NCBI GenBank assembly: GCA_003344405.1
Contig: NOWV01000111.1
Span: 124,001 to 188,000, forward strand
From: Trichoplax sp. H2
Taxonomy: Eukaryota
Direction: 5' to 3'
Length of the DNA: 64,000 nucleotides
The position numbers and the translations under genes are program-made. How positions within the stretch are numbered: position 1 is the first letter of the stretch; every line of letters starts with the position of its first letter. The notes beneath the pieces were generated by a model. That model ran no database searches. It was given only the letters and a program-made list of their open reading frames with translations, and was not told the DNA's origin. This document shows positions 28,801-39,969 of this stretch, one piece after another.

Positions 28801-29913
28801 TAATGCGATAAAACTTACCTCGATTTCAAATTAGTTGTTACTCTATAACTAAGAAATATTATTTGGGTTCATAAATTCATATTCAATAGTTATGAATAAG
28901 TCGCTTAGTTTTTTAAAGCGTAATTACTGTCAATTTTTGTCAAGGTGTTAATTTTGTATCCCTCTTAGTAGCTCGAAATATGAAAGTTGTCAGGATCTGT
29001 ATACATGTACACAATGATGTATACAAGCTCGTAACTAATAATTACAACTAGTTCATTGTAACTCTACCTAAGCTTCAGTAATACTTATAAATAATGTAAG
29101 GTATGATTGTAGGTATGACAACGATTCTAACTTCAATTTAATAATGCAAGGTGTTATAAATTGCATCATAAAATATACTCACAGCGTAGTCAAATTGCTC
29201 AAGCCACTAAAAGTTCGATTGGAAAGATATTCGACGTCATTATGGATTATTGTCCTATTTCATTATTAAAAGTGTTACAAATTCATATTTCTACTTATAA
29301 TATCAGCTTTTGCTATTTCTGAAATATCAATTTATATATACATATGCAACAGTTAAATAGTACAGAATACAGTATCCATCAACTCCACATAACGGCATAG
29401 ACATACAATATTTGCAAGTTCGGATATCGCAAAAAGCTATAAGGTGGTAATAGCTCCAAATTACTGTTTCTAATCCACCTGTAATTATAATAAATAATAT
29501 GCTTGAATTAAGCTTTTATGGGGTGGTATGGAATAGGGTATTTTCATTTGAAAATTTTCTTTATAACATTAGCGATAAGCTTTGAATTACATGTTTGTCT
29601 TCGTTTTATCCGTTGTGCTCAATTGGATAACAGAGATTGATATATCAACGCAACTGATCGATTGATTGTTACAAGTACAGCCAGTGACGCAAGTCGAGGA
29701 AGTAGCTAGAGAAAAGTTAAAGGTATTAAAATTTTAGCAGATATCTTAGATAGAGCAACTGTTACGATAATTAAAACTCTTTTTCATATGATCAGTCTAG
29801 TCAAATGGAGAAGGAAGCTGCTATCCAGTAAACTTACCGTTAGGTAAAAGGGCAATACATATTACTATTGACAGAGGGAGCATATACGTTGAAAGTGATA
29901 TATAGCCCATCAT
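10870..29913 (-). CDS. Giant leucine-rich-repeat class A GPCR (LGR/GRL101-like 7TM), ~49 exons, ~1,600 aa
   Basis: Exon 1, 29838-29913: signal peptide (MMGYISLSTYMLPLSIVICIALLPN). Exon 2, ~29591-29706: LRRNT (CVTGCTCNNQSISC). About 46 small phase-2 exons between ~29478 and ~13253, e.g. NLAANKIKTICNGSFQNLQYLTNL, SLSRNSITYIEDGTFDDLANLISL, DLSSNRLSLIEDDALIGLSTLQEL, NLGNNDIRVILSGAFQGLKSLQKL. Terminal exon 10870-~12166: hinge (DYLCC..C..SLCRNLL) and 7TM (GNICV, NLALADF, ITIDRY, SDLASWLP, LPINSAINPFIYT). Confidence 0.9.
19200..19640. repeat. Diverged direct duplication (~305 bp period) in an LRR-GPCR intron
   Basis: 'tatccgtaagataagagatagattagaac' (~19283) versus 'tatccgtaggataagagatagggtggaac' (~19588), with alignable upstream flanks ('gagtgatgaggaattgca' versus 'aagtgatgctgaattgta'). 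Confidence 0.65.
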
Positions 29914-32900
29914 TACTTACATTTAGCTAAATAAGATTGAAAAGAAACCTTATTATTATCATTATTATTACCTATATATTTGTTATGAATCATATGCTGT
30001 TTCGTATAAAAAATTTAATAAATTTCGATAAAACTGATCGTAATCTATGTATCATACTCTGAAATAAAAATAACTGGCAATTTTAAACATTTTAATTTTT
30101 AAATTTTAATCAAGTACAAGTAAACGGTGCTGACAACTGAAAATGTTAGATTATATCGTTGTTGAAATTGTGTATTAGAATAGATATTTTAAGATGCAAT
30201 CGAGTACATCAGATGCCTGACACTTCTATCTTTAAAGATCTTTTAATGATTTCTAAATTGAAATCTCCTTGAAGAAACGAAACGAAATTTGATGATAGAT
30301 TCTAACCTTTATTCGTTCAGTTTTAACCTTTGTTTTAACGTAACAATTTGATCGTAATAGGTGAAATTGCCAGAAATTATAATATTTTTGTTATAAGGTA
30401 AATCGGCTAGTAGAAGAATTGGTGAATTTCATTGTACAACATTGATATAAGTAGATATTTAAACATTTGCATCGATTGCTAAACTAACTAAAAGCTTTCT
30501 TGATGAAAAGCGCCTTTAATCAATCTAATCACAACGGATAATCTAGAGAAAGCTTTTTAATGGACAATTTCCTGAAATTACGGAAAATGCAATGGTGATT
30601 ATATTTCGAAATTTTGATTTAATTTAAATTGGCATGTGATTAGATCCAATAATAATTTGCTAATAATTGCATATGATGTCATAAACGACTTCATACGCTA
30701 TTCATTGTTGGATAAAATTCTCCTTATTTTCCTTTACAATGGATTAATTAGTGACTGCTAACATGACGCCATTTATACAAATAGATCATGAAAATCATAT
30801 AAGTATTTTATAATATCATTTACTATTGGAATTGGTATTAATTTTGTTTTCTCCTATTTATTATTTAAGCAATTTATAGCAATCATACCGTCTTTACAAT
30901 TGTGTTGAAATAAGACAAAAAATTTTACCATATGCTTACTTCTATAAACATATTGAAAAATTGGGCTTGGTCTGCAATAACGAATTGTGCAAGGTTACCA
31001 GGCATCATTATAACAGCTGATTCTATACTAGCTACAGTATATGACTCTCAATATCTTATGATAGCTCTTCATTTTGACAATTTTACTCCGTGGTATTGTA
31101 TAAATATGAATGGTTTTTGCACGCTTGTTATAGTAACAGTATTTGCTGAGAGCTCAAGGCACTCCAACTAAAGTTCTAATAGTATACCCTGTTTACGACT
31201 AATAATTTTCTTTATTACTTGGTATTCTCTTAACCAATCACTATCGATATCGTATACATCTATCACGTTAGATAGTAATCGCTTGGTAATTTTGTTCATC
31301 ATGGTAGAATTATATGGTAGAATTATAGGTAACTTTACTGCAATAGTTGTTCTATTATCCGGCTAATGCTACAGTAGTGAGATAACAAGCAACAATAATA
31401 TGTATATCTTATTGTCACAAAACTACTTTGCAACCAGATAAAGTAATGTATGATCAATAAGTCAATTCCTTGAACCACGTATCAAGAAACGATATCTACA
31501 CTATCAGAAACACTTTTGCTCTATTAGCAAACTAGACAAAGACTTAAACGCCTCGTATTCTGCGTTAAACACTAAGTTTAAGAATCGACTTTATTACACG
31601 ATATACTTCATTTATATACAGTACTCTTCCTCAATAGTTCATGAATCATAGTTAGTACGATTGACTTTGGAATCATTCACTGAATTAGATAATAATTTTA
31701 GCTACTGCTCCCTTAATACAGACAACAGTATTTACAAACATAGGCATATGATGACTAATACAGAATAGTCAGATTACGATATGTCTCCTATCACAGAACA
31801 TTTCGACGATAATTTACAATCTACCATAAGTAAGTTACAATCACAATGATTCGAACTGTAAGTAGATAGTTTGCATTCCCTACTATAACTATTAATTTCA
31901 GTATGTGTACATGTGTCACTGTCATAAAAAGTCAGTACTATATAAAAACACAGTATATCCAAATTAGAAGTTAACTAAATAAGGACTAGCTAACAGAATT
32001 ATCCTAACATAGATATTTCTACTCTAATACAGTATATAACACTGTCACACTCATCTACATATACTTGTATATAATACAGATATTTATTAGATGGGAATAA
32101 GAACGCCTTAGCAATACAGTACAATTCTTTATATATTTATATTATCATCACCCATGCGTGTATTTCAGATGCAATTCTAGTCCTTTCTTGATTTCAATCG
32201 TCAATTTTTAACCACATTACAACAATTTAATTATCTATTTTTCAAATGGGATAATTTCTCCTACTAAAAATTTCTGTTTACTCACTTTCTCTTTCATGAT
32301 ATTCTCATTTCAAGATTAAATTAAAACCGGATGTAGGGTGTTTTACTTAAAAATTTTCTTGAAGAGTAAATATTTGTAGTAAATTTCTGTATACCAGCAA
32401 TGCGTATGTAAATAAATCAAGCATCATCATAACTTTGTACTACATTATTGTTACGGAGCTTGATGCTCCTTGATAAGTGGCTAGTAGTAAAGCTGTCAAC
32501 CTATCGTTGGACTCGATTTTTATAGTATGGGAACAAGTTCGTTTTCCTTTACTGAGGGTCTGCGGAGTTAGTCGAGGAACCTTAAGAGTAGATAGTTTAC
32601 TTTATGTACGATCACGAAAGCTGTTTTGTGACAATTATTTAGGTTTGTTACAACTACGATTGCAACACAAACGACTAACGAATACTACAAGATCGATTTC
32701 CAATCAATTTCTCAATCGTCCCACTAATTGAGCTAAGCCCTACAGCAATTAACTATAAGTCTGTGAGCGTTTACAAAGGTTAGACAACGATGTGCTAGAT
32801 CGTCTCTCAAACTAGTATCCAAAATCTCGTACAAAAACAATCAACAGCTGTGTACGGCAACTTAAGTTCATTTCTCAGCAAGTACAAATGTTCCCTCCAA

Positions 32901-33865
32901 CATCTAAACCGAATATGATATTTCTAGAAATCTTCAGATCAAGATAACCTAAACCCAGTTTAGATGAGTTATCCAATCACACAATGACAACGCATGCTAA
33001 ATATTTCCAACACGACTACACTTAACCTTAATCAAAAACAATCAATTACTTCACCAAGTCTAAACATAGACAACCGGAAAATACATAAGATGATTTACCT
33101 ATTTTCTAGCAGTCTTTGCACGACAGTACCATACAAATGATGATTAGGAATGATTTCATAGCTCAATTTAATTGCTAATTTTCTACAGCCCTGTTACGGC
33201 TATGTCATACTGAATGCTTGCATAATGAATTCTACTGTTTGTATATATCATTGCTATGCAAAATTGATAATTTTGCTATGACAATTTTGCATAGCAGTGG
33301 ATATATATATCGTTCATTTCAGTGTTGTGTACAGTTCGCCTAAGTATTGTCGAACACGATGTCATGTAGTCGTAAGCATTACCATAATATCATACTACAT
33401 TAACGCTAGCCATGGACAACGAGGGAAATCATTCCCAAATAGATCATGCAATTTACATATTTACTAGCAGTCCTTGCACTCTAGTACTATACGAATGATG
33501 ACTAAGCGTGATTTCATTGCTAAATTTGTCGCTAATTTTATTATACTGTCTAAAAAGATGCTCATTACTCAAAGGCAGCGATCATGTTCGAGTAAAATGT
33601 GCAGGGTGTCCAATACTCAGTGTTCTGGACGAGAGACAGTATAGCAGCAATGGACCCACTAGGTGTAATTTTGTCATTGGTTACTACCAGCTGCTCATAC
33701 CATAGTAAACTATAATACTGTTGTCATGGTAAAATTGTAATAGGAATGATTTGTACAGTACTGCCATACGTAAACTAGGCTAGTGGAAGTTTCTGCCTGC
33801 TTCTTGCTTAGCTCTTTCCATTATGCCATCAAGAAATCTGTGACTCTATAATTTCAACAAGAAAA

Positions 33866-36656
33866 ATGGCTGAAACTGATGCAGTAAACGATGGTTTGTA
33901 ATTCATGATAGTCAAATTTCTTAACAAGATTGTTTCTACCTTCTTAATAGCAGCAATGATTGCATCGAAGGATGCAATGTTATGATCGTCCTAGAAGGAT
34001 CATATTCCTGCATATTTCTACCTCAACGAATACTGTACTGTAGATAGTGTTATAAATAACTGATTCTATTTTTAAAAAGTCTTGCTTAAATAACGTTCTA
34101 CAGAGTGCATAATACTTCTCGTTGCTCGTATGTCAAGTATGTAACTGGCGAATACTGTACAGTAGATAATGTTATAAATAACTGATTCTATTTTGAAAAA
34201 GTCTTGCTTAAATAACGTTCTACAGAGTGCATAATACCCCTCGTTGCTCGTATGTCAAGTATGTAACTGGCGAATCGTACAGTAGATAATGTTATAAATA
34301 ACTGATTCTATTTTGAAAAAGTAATGCTTAAATAGCGTTCTACAGAGTGCATAACACCCCTCGTTGCTCGTATGTCAAGTATGTAACTGGTGAATGCTAT
34401 ACAGTAGATAGTGTTATTTATAACTGATTCTATTTTCAAAAAGTAATGCTTTAATAACGTACTACAGAGTGTATAATATCTCTGTACGTTGTTCGTATGT
34501 CAAGTATGTACCTAGTGAATATTTTTGGATCCTTGTTTGCCAATTTACCTTCGTAGTGCTATTGCACTGTATTTTAATCTCTCAAAGTAGGCTTAATTAA
34601 AGCAACGCTTTGTGCAGATTGTAAACGTACTGTAGGGATTAGAGTCTAAGACTACGGCACACAGCCTTATTCTATTCTTGCGTAAGATACAACTTTCATA
34701 CGTTGTATTTTACACCTCAGTTAACAACTGTTGATCAATCTCTTTTTGATAGCCCATTAATTACTGAAATCGATTGATAGTAATAACAATTTATAATTCT
34801 GTATCATTTTTATGGCATTTATCATTGAACATTATTGGGTATTCGTGTTACATTTCAATGATGCTAGCCTCAAGCACAATATTGAAAGACTAAAAATGTT
34901 ATTGCACATAGAAGGATGAAGTGTTAAAAAACAAATTAATAGTATAACAGCCAGATTGCACTATACTTGCTATCGATCAAAAGTGTTGCAAATAGGACTG
35001 ATTTGATAAATCAGATCAATTTCCACATCGTATATTAAAATATTTTCTAGCTGCTAGTCCACTACTTACAGCTTCTGTATATAACTCTCATTGCGTTACA
35101 ATTCCTATATAAAATTAAAATAAAATTCCAACCTAATCTTTTCTATTCTGCCTTTTATTCTGTATAGACTTACTGCACCAATCCATTAAAAGGAAAAAAT
35201 CAAGCGGCAAAGAAGTAAGTTTAGTCATAATCCCCGACGTTAGGCCGTAATTTCTGCTTGAAATAATGTCACAAAACGAATCTGCCAATATTCTAAGTAC
35301 GAGTACAAATACGCTGCTGCATACGTGCATCAATTCGTCTTAGATTGCTCGTCTGTTTGAGATATCGTCAAAGGACATCGATGATAGTATACAAAGTAGT
35401 ACAGTATATAAAGCTTAAAAGTAATCGTACACTCAATTTTATTGGTGCATAAGCATACTAAGATAGAAAATAGTAATAAGTGTCTCTTATCTCTTTCTAT
35501 GATGATATTTATGAATACTGTCCAGAGACAGAAGGCTCAAGCGATGGTAACCTCCTTTCTAAATAATCATTTGCCTCCAAGGTATAGAATTTCCAACGAG
35601 AATTATCTGCAAGTTATTCAAAAGAGTATTACTCTTGAAAATAAGGGTATCACTAAGATACAAAAAGCTAAAAAAAAGCGATGTAACATAACTCCATATC
35701 GAGAAAAACACAGAGAAAAAATACACTGCAGCTTGGAACTTAGTCAAAGGTACGTCATGTAAATCTCTATCATCAATTCTCAGGCATTGCCTTAATTGAT
35801 AGATGTTAGTTGCTAACATAGCTTTAAATGATACAGGTTTGATGATTATATGCCACTACATAATTTATGGGTCGATTACATGTCCTGCCTTCTCAACATA
35901 CAGAAACGAAGTACAACTTCAACCTGGTAAGCAGCTGACCTGATGTGATATACTTGATTTACCGTAACCAAAACAGTTATGACTTTGAACTTTATAAAAA
36001 TCACCACAGACATTTACGTGATGATTCATCATTATGCATAAATTTGATAATGGAGGTATAAACATTGTCTTTCAGCAGTCTAAGCAAGGAATATACTCAG
36101 AAACTTTTAAAAGCGGATTATCACGGCTGCTGGATTACCGGTACAAATGCCACTATGCGTAATTCCGTATTGCGAAACCTTTCATTATTTAATAATTTAA
36201 TCACTTAAACTTTACACTTTACGTTCCAGTGACTCGATCTAGGTGTCCGTCCTACATTGGCATATCTGGAATTGTGTTACAAGAAACCAAAAATGCTCTT
36301 ACATTAATTGCACCCAGTAATAAAGTCAAATGTAATTATCCAGTAATGATTGAACATTTAACACACAATATTTTAGTGAAAATTTTTTTGTATGATAGTT
36401 TGTTACTGTACTGCCAGAACGTTCAATAGTAATTCTATAATTATAGGTTGTTGTATTTAATTTTCTGCTTAGCTGCATCAATCCCATAAACTCAATGAAT
36501 CATCCTTCATTTATGATAGGCATACCGAAAACAAACAACATTTTCACCTTCAAAATTGGAGATTTAGTTTTTACTCTCTATGGTAACCAGTTTCGATATA
36601 GGTCAACTGACAGGGCTGCAAGAAAATTCAAGCTAAAATCAACGATTGATTTGTGA
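33866..36656 (+). CDS. POP4: Ribonuclease P/MRP protein subunit p29, multi-exon
   Basis: Exons encode FDDYMPLHNLWVDYM (35838-), QKLLKADYHGCWIT (~36100-36140), VTRSRCPSYIGISGIVLQETKN (36229-) and IPKTNNIFTF..LYGNQFRYRSTDRAARKFKLKSTIDL* (36520-36656). The 5' exons (33866-33893, 35167-35213, ~35344-, 35526-35749) are less certain. Confidence 0.92.
34027..34520. repeat. Minisatellite, 4 copies of a ~120 bp unit, in the presumed POP4 intron 1
   Basis: Unit 'gaatactgtacagtagataatgttataaataactgattctattttgaaaaagt..ttctacagagtgcataat..tcgttgctcgtatgtcaagtatgtaactgg', starting near 34028, 34150, 34272 and 34392. Confidence 0.95.
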
Positions 36657-37769
36657 ATTAGTATTCATGCTTCAATTTTGATACACGGCTGTATTAATTG
36701 TACTGTATTTGTTCATGATTCGATTTCTAACCAATTGTTATATTAACAGAAAATCTTTAGCGATATTTAATTTAAGCCTTATTTGGTAATCCACTTGAAA
36801 ATATTGATCTTTCTTGGATGCTGTTACGCATTCTCGAAGCACTCTAGGCTATTTAAGAATTCTATATTTCGAGAAAAACATATGTGTACAGTAAATGTAT
36901 GTGTAAATAATACATAAAATATACAGTAATACGTGAGTGAATTATCGATAATTATAATTCATGTACGGAGTATGCACGAAATCGGATATGCTAAGCGCAA
37001 ATTTTTACTCTTCAATGGGCAAAGATTTGGGCCCTAGTTAGAAGCCAAAGCCGCACACTATAAATAGTAAGTAAGAAAATCTAGATGCCATTCATCAATA
37101 GGCTAGGCGATGCTAACATCACATTTATTACAGTAGAAATTGAATTCTTATAATGATTATTTGTAAATTCGCCCAGTGGGAATCACCACCTGGCATTATT
37201 TCAATCGGTGCCGTAGAATATAAACCCAGTTCAGTAGATAGGGGTGTAACACAGTCAATAGTAGCTATTCGATTATATTCTTACTGATATTAGCAGTCAT
37301 TCATTACTTATAATGACGACATGGATTCATTTTTTTTCATCTTTATGCAACGCTAATTTTGCATTACTTGAATTTCTTGTCAGAATTTTCTTTTTTAAAG
37401 TAGGTATGTATACTAGTATGGGAAGTTGAAGACGTTGCCAAGTACTGTTTGTTAGTTACGGATACCCACCCATACAGTAATAGCTGACATTTGATCCGGA
37501 AGCATTGATGTTTTTAGAAAGGAAGGGTGAGGGAGCTAATGCTGTAACGTCTAATCCTATTGCCATATTTCAATTTGAGCAATATGACGATTCAAAGAAT
37601 TGTGTTGTAGATGTATCATTTCCCCTGTCAGTTATTCTGTAACTTAGGCGTAGTAACTACTGTAATTAGCAGATTAATCCATTCAATGAAGGGTATTAAC
37701 AGTATTATAGTCTAGCACGGTCATTATTGATATTTCTTGATGATATTTATGTTAGTCAATCGTATGCGT

Positions 37770-39080
37770 ACACGTGGACAGTGAGCAGTACAGTACTGTG
37801 CACCGTGCAGTTCTGTCGAGCCAGTCATCTAGCTCATTTACAGTATACTGTACTGTACAGTACAGTGTAAAGTTGTCCCTTTTGAGCATAAAGTTAACCA
37901 ACCATAAGAAACTAGAATACTGTACTGTACTGACTGACTTACCGTACAGTATCATGCTACAGTACTACTGTACACTGTACACTGTACACTGTCGTACGCG
38001 CCCGAGAACCCTGCAATTGGCATACTGTACAGTACCGTACTGTACACAGTATGTACAGTACAATGCAGGCCATACTTTACACTGTAGAGTATTCAACATT
38101 TTGATACACGATTGAACAGTACAGTACAGTACTGCTCCAACATTACTTGTCAACGCACATGGGGAAGAGGTCAGCCCAGCACTCAGCAGTTCCCCCAAAA
38201 ATAAAAAACAGATGAAAAAGTGACCACATCCCACCGTGCTACACAGTGCAGTGTAAACAGGGAAAGTACTGTACAGTACAGTATGTACTACAGTACTCAG
38301 TGTTTGTATCACAGTTATCATCACACAGTACAGTACAGTACTACAGTAGTGTACACTGTGCAGTACAGTACATGTACTGTACGTATTAGAAAGGTTGTGT
38401 GATAGCATGCGAGTACGTCTGAGCGGATCAATATTAAACCGGGAAAGCTGGTCAAGAAGTGAGAAAGACGTTATCGTTCTTTTAGAAATCCCTTCTTTGA
38501 AGTAGCCCCTGGCGTAAAATACAGTAAAAGAGAACGTCAAACGTCTGGCCCTCCCTCCACGACTATTGTGCTGTACAACAATTTAATAATAATAATAATG
38601 ATAATAAGTATAATTAATTATTATTATATAATATATTGTACTGTACAGTACTGTACAGTGTTATACAGTACAGTACTGTACTGTACAGTGCAATGAGACC
38701 CAAGTGCAATACACTACAAATACTGGATGCAGTACAGTACTATAGAGTACTGCACACTGGTAACCGTTATGTGAGTGCAATTTGCAGACGGACAGAAGCT
38801 GTCCCGCAGTTTAAAGGCCGTCAAAAGGGTTTGACACTTTGACAATCGTTTGAAAACTTTGACGAACAGGGTAGTGGAGTGTCATCGATACTGTACACTG
38901 TACAGTGTGCAGCACAGGTTCTGTGGTGTGGACAGCATACTACAGTACTAGTACTGTAGTGTGGACACTGTACAGTCCACACCGGAGCAAATACAGTACA
39001 GTGTATAGTATTGTACAATGTACAGTACTCGGGCTACTCCTTTTGCGCTACTGTAATGTAGTGCCTGGTACAACCTACAG
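37770..39080. repeat. TACAGT/ACTGTA palindrome-rich low-complexity tract upstream of LARP1
   Basis: Dozens of TACAG/CTGTA/ACAGT/ACTGT pentamers in both orientations. Perfect palindromes at 37847-37866 (actgtactgtacagtacagt) and 38664-38685 (tacagtacagtactgtactgta). Confidence 0.9.
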
Positions 39081-39969
39081 TAGAGACGATTACGGCACAT
39101 TTAAGGCTGTCTAGTGCACGGGGGAGTCGATTTTTGTCACTCATCTTTTTCGTCACCGGTTGAAAAGGAACGAGCCCATGTGCTACGAGTGAAGTCATCC
39201 AAACGCGTCACTTGTTGCACTGGAAATCACTCATTTGCTTCTATTTGGTGTTTCTTCTTGGCTGAAGAGTTGGATAGCGCATTTAGCGTGATATTTGCCT
39301 AGCTGACAGTTGGTTAATGTCTTCAATCGGTAGCTAAGAAAATTCAATTTGGCCTACAAGCATTGACTTTGAATTTTCTGAGCTTCGGACTAGCGACCAT
39401 CGGTACTGTAGTCGACAACCTCACGTATACGATAGTATCAATAGAATCTCTATCCTCGTGGTTTTAAAGCAAAGCAGTCATTTGACCGGAAAAAATTTTT
39501 CATTCACCAGTGACGTTGAATCGCCACGCCATTGACTGACCTATTGAAAGTGTCTTCGTATCTTTTCGCCTTGAAGCTTCAACAGTGGAGTTTTGCACAA
39601 ATATCAGATTGCAATAACGTATCTGGTATCTCATTATCCAATAGTTATACTGACCTTTTCAAGATTAACTCAAAGAATACTCCAGAAAAGGGTCGTCTTA
39701 TCGGTGATCAAAATCTGTCGTTTAGACAAGTTTCAATTGAACTTCACCAAAGCTTCTCCAGTTAGCTACTGTGCGATCTATAGTTGCCTTGCGGTGTCCC
39801 CTAATTGGGCAGAAGAGGGATTATTAGTTTAGACTTTGCTTAGTCTAGCACAAAATATCCCCTAACTCTTGGTTCCTGCCGGACTTGTGAAATATTCATT
39901 TCACGCCATTGTCAAAAGTTCAGCGATCACTGATTACCTTGCAAGCTACAAGTGTGGTAGTACTCGAAT

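Noticed and set aside
33137-33213. C/D box snoRNA candidate (ATGATGA...CTGA)
   Set aside because: Weak terminal stem, no rRNA-complementary guide that I could recognise, and not clearly intronic.
37752-39114. Multiple ORFs rich in Y/S/T/V/Q/C (up to 191 aa)
   Set aside because: These are translations of the TACAGT repeat on both strands, with no protein-family signal.
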